A stretch of DNA of 61,522 nucleotides, the filler included, from Platydemus manokwari (lineage: Eukaryota): NCBI GenBank assembly GCA_037951405.1. It is 6 parts of 6 records of this genome, joined end to end, with 100 filler letters (N's around TTAATTAATTAA, not from the genome) between each part and the next. Parts side by side here need not be neighbours in the genome. Positions count along the whole stretch, not along the records: positions 1 to 9,761 come from JBBMOY011208765.1; positions 9,862 to 19,309 come from JBBMOY011248430.1; 4 more parts are not named here. One strand, 5' to 3'. A program made the translations under genes and the position numbers. Positions within the stretch are counted from its first letter, which is position 1, and every line of letters starts with the position of its first letter. The notes beneath the pieces were generated by a model. The model was not told the origin of the DNA, ran no database searches, and saw only the letters and a list, made by a program, of their open reading frames with translations. Shown here piece by piece: positions 1 through 13,259 of this stretch.

Positions 1-3000
1 ATATTCGGTTGTTATTCTTATATTTTATCTAATTTATAGTAATTTTATTTTAAATCATATCTATGTAATGAACTGAAGTCAGTTATTTATATTTTAATAT
101 ATTTTATCATAAATTGGTGTGACTTTATACAAACAAATAATAATTGAGTTATATATCATTACATAATAATAACTTTTTATTAAAATTTTAATTACTTAAT
201 TAATTATTATTTAATTAAAACAAATAAATTTACAGCTAAAGTAAGCATTAAAAATAATTGGAGGAAAAAGCTCGAGTATCATTTCTTGTTACCATTGACA
301 ACAATCGGATATGTAAATTCTTAACTGGTCATTCCGATAGCTTCAGCATATATTTAAACCCGGTTGATTACATAAAGCCTCAACAATTACTAAGTAGGAA
401 TTAACCAAACAAAGCTTCTATAATTCTGGTCAAATACTTACAAGAGTTTTGGTAAAACAAAATATTTTGTTTATTTTATTATTTTTCTATAAATATGAAA
501 CCAGTGTTTGAGCGCTTTTAAAATGCATAAACAAAACTTCATGTTCGCTGCCGGGTGTCAGTAGATAATGATTTCATGTCAAATTGCTAATTAATATAAA
601 GCGTTAAAAATAGTATCCACAATGGGAGGCTTCTTTGTACATGCCAGATTAAATTTAAAGATTAATTGTTTTCCTTGAATCAATCTGTAGAAACTCTTGC
701 TTTGATGAAATTTTGAATTGGATGTGAAATCATTATGAATCAACAACACTTACAATCATTGGAATGTCTATAGCGGTTAACAGAGCCTGTGAATAAATCC
801 GGCCAATAACTTAGTCGTAGGAAATTTAAAATTGGGTACCTGGAGTGAGTTTTTAAGTTTCAATATAAGCACTGATATTATAAATAAATCAAGATCAGAA
901 ACTGATAATAATATAAAGATATACAGTAAAGATATACAAAAATTCATTGCATGACTCAGTCAAGTCACACGGTATTATTTTTTCCCAGAATTCTTTGAAC
1001 AAGACTACCCACGATGGGTTACATTGAATCCGATGCTTCCTAAAAGAATGTTTAAGAAAGAGTGGGAGTAATCATCTGAGTAACTGATGTTTAAAATTAT
1101 CAGAGAATATCTGGTAAAATGGCAAAGAAATTAGGAACTAATTAGGCATTGAACTTATAATAATATTTCAAATAATAATATTCTCGTAATAATAATGATA
1201 GCAGCTATTGGATGTGTTAATATTGACAAAGATGAAATATTGTATTTTATAAAGAATTAATTTTTCATTTTATTTTTACCTTATTAAAATACTAATAATA
1301 CATTATAAATTGGTTTTTATTCGAATATCTTTGAAGCACACCATAAACTTTAGAAATTCCTCTAGTTTCTTGAATACAATTATTAATAACGTTTAAATCA
1401 ATAGCAACCCAAGTGATTTTATACATTTCTTGCAAGGTATCACCAGCGGTGAAATTCTTATATTCAAAAGAAATGTTATCATCATTGATATTAAAAACAG
1501 AATTGCACACACTAAATAACATTTAATCAATGCAAATATTTCATCTAATTTTACAGAAACTGCAAAATTCGATCTCCATTCTGATATTTTACTAAGCGAT
1601 ATTATTATTTTACTGAATGATTTGGATAAAATATTTATTTATTCATCAAATTTTTCTTTCATTTTTTGTTAAGTTTATTTATTATTTTTAGAATGAAATT
1701 CATTATTTTTTATAAGGACATAAATAAATATCTTCCACACCTTAAAAATGAAAATCCAATAAATTCATTTTAGATCGTTGGTTTGCAACTCCTAATTGAT
1801 GGACTCCTAAATTTTTGAATTCTTCTTTACTTATTGCTTTATTTACCGCAATCACAAAATCTCCAGAAGTTCCCGCTGCTTCATGCAACTACTTATCATA
1901 CAACAGATTCTTTATCTTTAAAATCTTGTTTATTTTTAATTTTTTTTTAATTTTTAATATTTTTTTTTACTTAGATTATTTTGATATATTAATAATATAA
2001 TAATAATTATTAATAATATATAAATTCTTTTTTTAATCTCATGATTAAATTTGTAAATATTTTTGTATAAACATTTTTATATCAAAGAATTTTAGTCAGT
2101 TTCCCTTAAGATTTTACTGCCCTAAATTATTTTGTAATTATTTCGTTTAATCCTTCTTTGTTTATAAATTTATAAATTTTTATAAAAGACTATAGAATTA
2201 TTATTATTATTTGTCCCTGCTTTGTTAATTGCTAATACTTTTCTTGATTTTATAAAATATGTCTATCGGGTTACCGAGCGTGCTTAACGTTTGGCTATTC
2301 ATGGGAATCATCTTATTCTTGCTTTTCAAGAATATTTGTTTTACCTTCTTGCAATGCTTTTAAATTTTAAAAAATAAAATATTTATTTCTAATTTTCTTC
2401 CCGTAAAACTTTACATAAGCCTTTTAGCTTTTGAAAAGTTCACAAAGGCACAGAAATCATAGAGTTAAAGGTGCATTATCCAAAAGGATATAGATGTTTT
2501 GTTATTTAGGTTATATTAGTTAATGATATTGCCTCATTTTCGATCTTCTACTTTTGTTTCGTTAAGTTACTATTAGATAATAATGATAGGTGGGCAATTC
2601 ATAAGCGGCCCAGCAATAGAAAAGTGACTTGTTTTGTTATGCATGTGAGTGTTTTTAATGTTTATGCAATCATAATTGTGGATTTACAGGTTAGATTTAG
2701 CCATGAAGCGTTTATCTGTTGAATGGTATCTGATTTTGTTTATTTCGTATAAATAAATTTTCCACCATTTAATAAAAATGAAAAATATCCAATGATAACT
2801 GAAGGATTTTTTGAAAGTTCTTAATATCTTTGTTTAAATCGTCAATTGATTAAGAAGAATTTATCAAAAACAAGATTGAAATCATCCACTACACATATTC
2901 AAACATTTTAAGAGATTGAAATCAAATGCAAATCAATTATAAACTGTAAATATTTCTGTNNNNNNNNNNNNNNNNNNNNNNNNNNNNNNNNNNNNNNNNN

Positions 3001-3849
3001 NNNNNNNNNNNNNNNNNNNNNNNNNNNNNNNNNNNNNNNNNNNNNNNNNNNNNNNNNNNNNNNNNNNNNNNNNNNNNNNNNNNNNNNNNNNNNNNNNNNN
3101 NNNNNNNNNNNNNNNNNNNNNCTAAAAATCTTATCTAATAAATATACAAGATATAATTGACTTTTAAAAATTTTAGCCTTGTAAGAACACTAAGAAGGTG
3201 AGAAAAGGAGTGACTGCAGGATTGAAATCTTTTGATATGTTCAGGAAAAAATAGAAGCACATTTGATCTGACATAAATAGATTTTTCTTTGTTACGGAAT
3301 TCTCTTTATTATAAAATATTCAATCTTTTAAGGGAGGAAATTATCGGATATGTTTGAAATTCTTCTGTGAAAAGGAACAGTAGTGAATAACAAAAAAAAA
3401 GATTATTTAAATTTATTTTCAGTGTGTAAAATCGCATAGAATGAGATTATCATTTCAAAATTAATACACAAATTGCATTCACTTGTCAACCTAATTTTCA
3501 TATTTCATAGCATAATTTAGAGGTTTGAAACCGTCCTAGAAATTTGATTAATGGTTGCGAGTGTATAAAATTTTTTTTTTTATTTAAGAAATTATTATTA
3601 AAATTTAAAAATTAAAGTTTCAGAATATTATAATAAAATAATTAATTTTTCTGAAGGTTGTTCAGAATCTTTTGGATTTACAACTTCCAGTTTTAATGTA
3701 ATGATTTTTCGCTTATTATTTATTTTAAAAAATTATTTGTAATCATATTTTCATGTCCAATGAAAGAAAATAAAACAGCTAAATTTTATTGACAAAACAA
3801 CAACCACAATGTAATACCGATTGTACAAAATGTGTCATGGTATTCGTGT

Positions 3850-4800
3850 TATTGTCTCAATAATTCCATAAAGATCTTTTGGAAAACCGTTAGCTGTAAA
3901 ACTATTAATAAAGTTTGTTCTTTCACCAGATACATAATTTCAGCCTGCTATTGAACTTTCAACATTTATTAATGTAGGATCAGAGATATTTATTTTATTT
4001 TGTGATAAGTGAAATTCAAGGGATTACCTTTATTATTATATTAATTTTTAAATATAACAAGACTTCAATTTATTTTCAAGTAAATCATTGGTTATTAAGA
4101 AAATAAATTTTTTAAATAAGATTGTGAGAGCTGAATTAAAATATTTTTAATTATAATTATTTCAGAAATACGGAAACTTTTCTTAAACGATTTTGAATTT
4201 TCTTTCTACAAAAAACAGAGAGAAATATTTTTAATAAATTATTAATAATCAAAGAATTAATGTAGGTTTCTGGATATTCTTGTAAGAAATTAATATAAAG
4301 GTTTAAAGATGATATCCATCTGCGAAATCTACCAGATGTTGGTACTTGGTTTAGACTAGTGCAAGTCTTTATTAGTGACTTGAGACTTAAACTACTGAAA
4401 ACACTGATAGATAGTTCAATGTAACTCATATATTTTATTAAAATGTCTCGAAACCATGTTTTAATAATTAATATCTTAGACGCAACTTATCTGGCATTAA
4501 TTTTAACTTCATTTTTAGTTTAATTTATTTTAATTTGTTTAATTTTCAAGTAATAATGGCAAAAGCTTTTTAATTTCTACATCAGGGGAATTCGGCGTAA
4601 TCTATATCATGGGATATTACTTGGACAATTCCTGGATAGGCAGTAATAAATAATGAATTTATAAAAATACTTCTGGTTGTAATTTTTAAAATTTTCATCC
4701 CATGAAAAGCAATACTTAAAAATCAATATCGAAGAAATAGATGAAAGCGATTGAATGTTGCAAATGAATGATTCGATTATTCGATGAAACATGTCTTTTG
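3850..4800 (-). pseudogene. Decayed leucine-rich-repeat-like coding sequence
   Basis: Minus-strand fragments broken by stops and frameshifts resemble LxxLxLxxNxL/I repeats: ISSLNLYINFLQEYP and LSLKSLIKTCTSLNQVP (ORF 4157-4429), LEFHLSQNKIINISD (~3975-4020), RLRRIP (~4590-4605). Confidence 0.35.
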
Positions 4801-6706
4801 TGAAAGTTAATTCATCGAATTTCCCAAAATGAAAAATAAAAAATTAAAATTATAATTTATCGTATTGATTTTTTTTAGTATTAGAAAATTTGACTTACAT
4901 TTCAGATATGAAAACCCTCAGAATTTCTTTTGATTGTTTATAATTTTAATTTTGCATTGTTTAAAATTAACATTCGTTTAAAATCACTATATTATTTCAA
5001 AATTTACTTTTCAGATCTCACTCAAAAATTGTGGTTAAATTTGATTGGATGATTGATTTTATGTATATATTATGTAATTTTAAAAATTCTGATCACAAAA
5101 ATCTGAAAAAACTAAAGGTTCATTGACAATTAGTGGTGAGAAAAGCTAGCTATAGATGATCATAGGATATCTCATTGCTTGTACACAAGTTTTATAAAAT
5201 TTTTAAATTTCACTCAATTATTATTTTATTCGCACACTTTGTTAGTTGCTATCAAAATAGGTGTGATAATATCGAATGTGTTCTAGTGTAATGTAAGTCA
5301 TCATGCTTAAAATATTGTAAGTAACATTAAATTCGGTATAACGTTTCGACTATTTTATAAAATAATTATTATTATTTTTATTATTATTATCAGTATTATT
5401 TTTTTATTCTTCATATTATTATCATCATCTTTAAATATTTATTTTATAAAATAAATTGATTATCAAACTACAGGAAATTCACTTGTTGGAGTTGAGTTAC
5501 AATTCTTGGCTTTCTGATAATCCATTATGCAGTAAAACTCTAAACATAAAAAATTAACCTTTAGAAACGCATTTTATTGAGATCTATTTTTCAATGAATA
5601 ACAAACAGCCTTGTAGAAATCTTCACAATGCTGAGTCTCAATGTTAAATTGAATAACATAGGAAAAAGTCTGTTTAACAAGAAAATATGTATTTGTATAT
5701 TTCCAGATGATTATGTCTTTTATCTCAATAGCACATCAAATATAATGCACTGTTAATACTGAAATAAAATCGCACTTTGTATCCCTTTCGATTTGTTCAT
5801 TTTTTATCAATCCATTGAGATTGTGATAAATTTCATTTGGCCTCAGTTATAACTCTATCTCCTCAGGGTGTCTCATAGGATTTCTGATTCATGAATTTTT
5901 GCGTTATATTTTTTTTAATCGTTTAAGACATTTCCACTTTCTGAACGTGCTTGATTTTTAAGATTTTCAAGTTTTTGAATGTCTGGTTACCATTCATTTT
6001 TTGTGGGTATCTTTTATATTATTCAAAGCATTATTCATGCTTGTGTTAAAAGGTTATTCTAATCTTATAATAAGAGACCGTATTGGAATCTGTATCGAAA
6101 TTACGTTGGTAATCTCAAACTTCAAATAAAATTAATGAATGACTAATGAAGATTGGTTTCTAGCCAAAAAGGTGAAGAGAAAATAATAAGTGACCTCACA
6201 AAATTAAGGTGACGAGCAGTATATAGCGACGTAAATACAACATTCCGTATTAGTTTCCAAATCCTTTAATTTCAATCTTAATGAAATTTAGAAAAATTCT
6301 TCGAAATTAGTAAAATTAAGTTATAAAATCAATTAATGAGAATTGTATTATCTACTTTTAAATTTTTAGTAGTTTAAATTAAGTAAAATTTAAATTTAAT
6401 ATTTAAAAGTATTAGAAATGATTTTGTTACTTATTTTCAATTATATTCTCTTAGAAGCTGGAAAGATCCAAATTTCCCGGCTAAAACCAAGAGAAAATTT
6501 TGAAAATTTTATATCAAAGTAAATTTTAAGCACAAGGTTAATTTCGTCAGTGTGTATCATTTACATTAAATAAATCTTTTGAATGCTGTAATCAGTAAAT
6601 CTTGTTTGATCACGAAAATCCTACTTATGGCAATCTTAATGGGATTGCCCGGATATTTATACTAATTTACTTGCACTACCGTGTAGTAATCCAAATGGTT
6701 TTAATA

Positions 6707-6809
6707 CAGTATTACTCTTCCTAGCAGCCACTTTTGGGAAATTGGAAAAATGTGTCGGTTAAGAGGAAGTGGCATTTAGGAAGAGTGGCGGTTAAGACGA
6801 GGAATACTG
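6707..6809. mobile_element. 103-bp Tc1/mariner-superfamily (pogo/Tigger-like) MITE
   Basis: Left end CAGTATTACTCTTCCTAGCAGCCACT vs reverse complement of right end CAGTATTCCTCGTCTTAACCGCCACT (21/26 identical). TA on both flanks (6705-6706, 6810-6811). Confidence 0.75.
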
Positions 6810-7495
6810 TAATTTGAAATTTTATCGATAATATAATTGTTTGTTTTGAAATATTGATTTTTACATTATGTGTTGTTATTGTTTAGATTTATGTGGAGAA
6901 AAGTTCCTAGCCAACATATTTAAAGGGGTATTTAAATGGTTTAGAGCCTTTTTCAATGAATAATTTTTAAGTTTTAATACACTGAACCAATTTTAGTAAT
7001 CAATAAACTGAAGGGAAATCATGTAGAATTTTTGAAGATGAATTTAATTTACTACTATTTGTTTTATAAAGATTTTGATCTATTTTGATTTTTGATTTTC
7101 ATTGGCTGAATGTAAGATGTTACGTAACACAAATAAATATTTCTGACATTGATAATTTCATTGATTTTAAAAATGATACAATTTGACTTCAGAAGTAAAA
7201 AAGCTTTTAACTGATATTTTAAAATAAAATATTCGACATGGAGAACAAGATGTCAGCAATATTTATTAAAACAATGAATTGCAGTCTACTCAAATTATCA
7301 TTGAAACACAATTAATAGAAATTTAAAACAATTCGTTTACATCAATACGGGGCATAAATCCATACAATTTGAGGCACACAACTTAAAACATAAAGCATTC
7401 AAAGCTTTCTCTTTGTTATAAATATAGATAAAAATTTTCATTGAGAATAATAAATAAATGATATAATTATTTATAGCAAGTTATTAAATAATAAA

Positions 7496-7496
<1 letters not shown>

Positions 7497-7543
<47 letters not shown>
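7497..7543. repeat. (AAT)n microsatellite
   Basis: Direct read of tandem AAT units. Confidence 0.95.
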
Positions 7544-7597
7544 TGTATAACGCTTTAGTTGTATTTATTTTACCACACTGAAATGGAACAGTTTTTT

Positions 7598-7921
7598 TTA
7601 ATTCGATAGAATTTCTATTCGAGCTCCAAGTATTCTATTAGAACAGCAATCTAATCTATTATAAATTATAACATGGCTTATCTTGTATTTGTTTAAGAGA
7701 TCGACAGTTAATTTGCTCGGATTCGGTTTTGCTAACGTATGAATGCAATGCGGGTGGCGTTGCTCGTAATTTCCATCAGTAGCTAAATTCTTAGCATTTC
7801 CCATAAAACTCGAAGACAGCCTAGTCGGTTTATCTCTTGATAATAGGTGCAAACTATTGCTCAGATGGAATATACTGATAAACCATCCAATCAATATTGA
7901 TAAATAAAAATGACTCATCAA
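7598..7921 (-). pseudogene. F-type lectin (fucolectin) domain, secreted, C-terminally truncated/frameshifted
   Basis: Hydrophobic N-terminus, ATDGN calcium-loop motif, and CIHT...NRLDCCSNR matching the fucose-binding H-x(26-27)-R-x-D-x4-R signature. Stop lies beside an A8 run; a shifted frame continues VPFQCGKINTTKALYNY into the microsatellite. The final CEV strand was not found. Confidence 0.8.
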
Positions 7922-9149
7922 TAAAATTTGAAAAAATGTTGATCATAATTATAAAAGATATAAAATAATAACGGTTGTCAAATAGAAGAGGAATTCAATT
8001 GGATAACTTTGTGTCATATGATTATTGTTGTGTAGTACTGTAAATAATTATAGCGCATGGTATTTTGAACTTTTATTCTAATCAATAAAGTTCATTTAGA
8101 ATTTATTCCTTTGGCTGTAATTTTGTAAAATTTGGAACAAATGGAAGATTTTTCAAGATATACATATCAAATTATGGTTTTATGTCAAAGGTTGAGTTAC
8201 TCTCTAACCCTATATTCTTTAAACATCATTCCATCGTATCAAACATCACTAATTTTCTGTGTCCAAATGAGCATACACATTGGCCATTATTCAATGCTAA
8301 TGAAGTATTGTTAGATTAATAAATTCAAATTGCAGGAGTGATTTTAATTTTTTATTATTTCTAAAAACAAAGGTGGAAAATATTCTCTCTCAGTGAGATT
8401 AACTGTTAGGAAAAAACCATATCTATAAAGTTTTCATCAAAATATTTATGTTAAAATTCTAAATGAATTGTTTATTTCGAAAAATAACCATGGTAAAATT
8501 TAGTTGGCTTGAATTCAACAATAAATGCAATCGATTTTCCATAAAGAACTGAAAGTACTGCTATTAATTGATTAATATTTCTGGGTTTTACATGACGTAT
8601 AAAATTCTATTAATAAATATCAATGGAATATTTTCCAAGCATTTGCGCATTAAAATATCTTTAAAATAAGAAGATACACAATCGTTATTGATTACACAAC
8701 CAAAATAATATGCTTACAAAAATTCTTAATGTAAAAATTTTAAAGAATACAATCTTGGTGTTTTCAAATATTTATATGATTTGAACGTTAGCAATTCCAA
8801 CACGGTACACTCGAATACATCAAATTTGTGTCGCTCTGTTATACATTAGTATCGGGATCAAGTGTTCTTTTAACAATCACGTCAATTCATGATTAGTTGA
8901 TTTCTTATTTTTGTTTTGTTTATATTTTGTTTGACGGTGCTGATAAATCCAATGACAATGTTGCCATTCAGAATGTTAACATTTATAAAATGCTGCCAAT
9001 AGAATCAAGTGATTTCACGTCAACAAAAATCACAATAGTTAATATTCAAAAATTTGAACTTGTTTAGTCACTAGATTGATTTGAAATTCAATATATGAGA
9101 CTATGATTATTTCCAAATACAATCGTTGAATGCGGGTCTTCAATTACTA

Positions 9150-9297
9150 AATGAAATGTCAAATGTAATTGTGGACGTCGAAGACCAGGTATTTGGATTG
9201 TTGAAAGACTCCAGATATATAATAAGAGGAATTGATCTTTATTTCCATTCGGCAATCGAAGCTCAGGAGTCCCAGAAGCAGCACATGAAAGGTAAAC
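9150..9297 (-). pseudogene. Decayed immunoglobulin-like domain fragment
   Basis: VYLSCAASGTPE (9297-9262) followed after a frameshift by EWK (9250-9242), resembling the Ig I-set L-x-C-x-A-x-G-x-P...W motif. Confidence 0.35.
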
Positions 9298-9634
9298 AAA
9301 AATTTTACATTTAAAAGGTGATTGTTTATTTATTTTACTGTGAAACCAGGATTCATCTTAATTATTGATTGTTGGGGTTGCATAGAAGTCTATAAGGTCA
9401 CAATTATTGTCATGATAATGTGAATCTTAAAAATTACTTTGCGAACCGAAACATTCATACTAAGAACATAGGAGCACGCGAAATAGAATTGAACTATTTT
9501 CCTATTTTTTATTGAAGTAAAAATTTATTAAAAGGAATAACCTTTATGTTAAATAATAGACATAAATTAATAGGTTAAAATTAGGTCAAAGGATTAATTT
9601 CTTATTTTAAGCTCCAGTTTTAATTATATATATA

Positions 9635-9761
9635 TTAGGTTGTAAATAAAGTTCGCGGACAAAATTGGAAATAAAAATTTGTTATACATAAATTTATTTA
9701 AAACAACAACTATCCCTCAAAATAAAGTCCGTCATTATCAATAACGTTTTGCCATCGAGCT
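9635..9761 (-). mobile_element. mariner 3' end, cut by the segment boundary
   Basis: TA + TTAGGTTGTAAATAAAGTTCGCGG mariner-type TIR. Minus strand encodes ARWQNVIDNDGLYFEG*, matching the mariner transposase C-terminus (RW..VI...G.YF). Confidence 0.8.
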
Positions 9762-9861
9762 NNNNNNNNNNNNNNNNNNNNNNNNNNNNNNNNNNNNNNN
9801 NNNNNTTAATTAATTAANNNNNNNNNNNNNNNNNNNNNNNNNNNNNNNNNNNNNNNNNNNN
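9762..9861. other. Artificial 100-bp linker (44N-TTAATTAATTAA-44N)
   Basis: Six-frame-stop 12-mer centred in an N run; identical at five sites. Confidence 0.95.
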
Positions 9862-10414
9862 GATGGTGTTTAGTCATGAATAGATTTTCTATCACTCGGT
9901 ATTTACATAAATTCCTACTCATGAATATCTCGAACAAGCTATTTTATTATAAATTAATATGACGATTTTTAAAAATATCTGAAAAGGAATTTTTAAAATT
10001 TTATTCTTAAAATTACTCACAAAGAACAAGTTTGGAAAAATTTATTGATTTATTTGACAGGAATCTGTCATACCACCATAAATATCACATCATAATAATC
10101 TATTATTATCATAATTAAATAGATTATGAAATTCATCAATGTACCGGAACCAAATCGAAGTTTACAAATACACGTCAACATCATTGTTTATGCTTAAATA
10201 ATTTATTTAATTATTAGAACCTGATTTGATAGGAATATCAAATATTATTATGGAATACTACAGGTAGAATGTTATGATTTTCAGACCTGCAATTGTTTTT
10301 AGCCTTTTTCGATTAGATATTTAATTTAATTATTCATTTTATTGTGGACCACTGTGATTATTATTGGTCTCAAATCTAAATATTTTAAAAAGGTTCATTT
10401 AAGAAATCATCCAA

Positions 10415-13080
10415 TGTAATATGAGATATCGACATGACTGAGAGTGACTAATGATGAATAGATAATCGTTGCAAGATATCGATAAGTTGTCATGGAAACC
10501 ACTAAACCAGTCATAGTAACAAACAGAGAGAATAAAAATGGGCCAATCAACAAAAGCCCACGGGAATTTTAATAACTATATAAGCTACAAAATTTGACAA
10601 CCGCAGAACAATTTTGATGAAAGAAACCAATACGAAATTGGAATAAACAATGAACAAAATTCCATCGAATAGAAACAATCAAAACGGAATAAACAACTGA
10701 AATAAAATAGAGTTATTAATTTTATTTATACGAATATTTGTCGCACGATATTGAGAAATTAAATCTAGGCGAAACACAAAGCAAGAATTATTAATTCTAA
10801 GCATAGGACAGAAAAATCAGAAGTAACTGATATCAGGTTGAAGCAATCGTTTCCGAAGTCACCGTTTGATTCAGATTATCAAATATCCAAGGTATGAATT
10901 CTAACGATTCGCAAATTCGAATCTTTTGTATTATATATAGTCACGTGATTGATTGCTTTAATATTCAGTTGTTTGTTATCTCATTGTTCGAAAATGTGAC
11001 GTGCAAGATCCGAAAGAAACTACTCAATGGATCCAAGATACGGAAGACTGATTGTTGATCAATGATCATTTTATCATAAGCACTTTTAACCCATTGTTAT
11101 TAGAGGAAGCTTGGATTTTATGGAAGAATTTTAAGAATGAAGCAACTAAGGAAAAAGACACAACTAGACGGTTTTATGGACATATATACAGAAAGTAGAT
11201 TGCTGACTTAACTGTTGAGTTAGCCAGAGTTCAACAGAATGATAATGAGCGATCCGGCACATTCGAGATTCGTGTTTAAGAGATTGTAAAATTGGGTTCT
11301 TAATTCAAGCTGAAATCTCGTCAGTAGGATTTGGTCAATAAGAAGTGATGATAGTAATAATCAAAATGAACAGACAAGTGAGAAGCGTTTTAAGAAAATT
11401 GGAAGCTCCAGTTTGAAAAAGCTCAATATTTTTCTTAAATATGGAACACTCGGACGGTAGTGCCAAAATAACAGTTGTTTAGAAGAACAAATAAAGAAGC
11501 ATTAACATTTTCATTATTAAAGATATTTTTCTTTCAAGCAGAATTTTAGAATGATGATCTTGTTAGTAAGTAATTCGAGTATGTCAGTTGTCTAAAGGTT
11601 GTGATGTTGGTACATAATTAATAAAGCAATATTTTTGGATCTTTATGATGTCAAAATTTGATTTGGAATCTGTGTCACCAGATAGAAATGAATGTCTCAA
11701 TAGTAAGATTACTAAACCAAATAGGAAGTAGTTATCGCTGATGGATCGCGGATGTTGACGAACCACGGAAAGAGTTACTATATGACCAATTCGTTATGCA
11801 TTTCAGACAATATCTCTATCGGAGAAAATTGCTGTACGCACAGATCATAAAATCTTAGTGTTACTAAATTCAACAAAACACTAATTCGTTCTCAATTTTA
11901 AATGCGAATGACCAATCTATTGGAATGCTACTTAAAACAAAGATACCGGAAAGTTAAGGAGCATACTACTGCAAGCCAATAATCTTGAATTGGAAAAGCT
12001 CACTGTTTTCAATGCTAAAGCAAACACACCTTGAAGATTCGTAAAGAGTAGATGAATAACAGCGAAATATGTTAAATCATTAAAACTCTCGGCAGGAGAT
12101 CAGAGAATGGCACAGATTTACAAGAAAGTTAAAGGTTGCCTAAGTGATTTTGGCTCGCAATTTATCAAGTTTATACATAAAAAGCTATACCACGGAGGAA
12201 GCATGAAGATTAGCATTTCTATTTATTAGTATATTAGTAACTATAAAGAAAGTTTTAAGAGGCTGTATATGTTTGGTTAAAAAGAAAATTGATCAAAACA
12301 GAACAATGAAATACCTACTAGTGCGACATAGTTCAGAACTAAAATAGTAAATCGTATTGATATTGTCCATAGAGATAACGTTCAAAAGGGCAAAAGATAC
12401 TAACTTATCATGACAGATGGGTTTAGTAAGATTGTAAGCCTAAATGGTTTGCATAGTCACGATGCAAAGACCATTTTTGAGGAAATCCTTAATTCATGGA
12501 TTTATTTTTTTCATGAAGTCCAAAAGCATTTTCAGAGACACGGCTAAACAGTGTGAATGCCAATTAATGGTAAAAGAAAGTGCCAAATTTGGTATTTGTC
12601 AGCACTTTAGGTCGCTTGTATAGCACCAATCACTCGGATTGACACAACGAGTCAGTCGTACAGTTAGAAATATTATAGCCACGTTGCTAAAAGGGTCATG
12701 CAGTGAGCGAAACTGGTTTGAGCTCTGACAAAGAATAAAATTTTCAATCAACGCTACTCGGAAAGATTTGATAAAATTCTCTCTCATTGAAGTCGCTTTT
12801 AGGAAGTAGCTCAATCTTTACTCTGAAACCGAAGAAAATCATGATAGAAAGGGTGCATACAAATTTCGAATGAGCGGTTAATAATATGTAGAGAAGGGAT
12901 ATCACAAAAAGATGATACAGAAAGTTCAGGAGAAAATATCAGTCCGAGCTCATATTAACAAAAGATCTAAAAGTAAAGATATTACAAATGGTTTTACGAA
13001 ATTAAAGGTTTCAGGTCAGACGTCAAATAGAAATTCAATTTCAAAATGTAATGAAGCTCAGACGGATGGTATGGCTTAAA
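10415..13080 (+). mobile_element. Degenerate Ty3/Gypsy LTR retrotransposon, internally deleted
   Basis: RNase H-like RKELL...MHFRQYLYRRK/AVRTDHKILV (~11766-11860). Integrase core IMTDGFSKIV...NSWI, PKSIFRD, FGI...HQSLGLTQRVSRTVRNII...NWFEL...FSINAT (~12405-12810). Many stops and frameshifts. Possible LTR starts TGTAAT at ~10415; boundaries approximate. Confidence 0.8.
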
Positions 13081-13259
13081 AGATGAACTAGAAAGTCACG
13101 TGATTGTTTGTTTTAATACTTAGTTGTTTGATACTGTTTGTAAAATATGGATATATATTTATTAAGGCTATTACTAAATGCATTGTGAAAGGAATGATAG
13201 CAAATGAGGAGGGTTTAGAAAGTTTCTTATTAAGAAAAAGATATAAAAAATAATTACAC

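Noticed and set aside
3665-3695. Walker A-like TGSCKS on the minus strand
   Set aside because: Not canonical, in a short closed frame, and no Walker B.
5600-6200. Possible Tc1 transposase remnant (LKNQARSESG, minus strand)
   Set aside because: Only one weak motif; no DDE residues or TIRs identified.
9806-9817. Recurrent TTAATTAATTAA palindrome as a biological repeat or CRISPR-like unit
   Set aside because: It is always centred in exactly 44+44 Ns, so it is an assembly linker.
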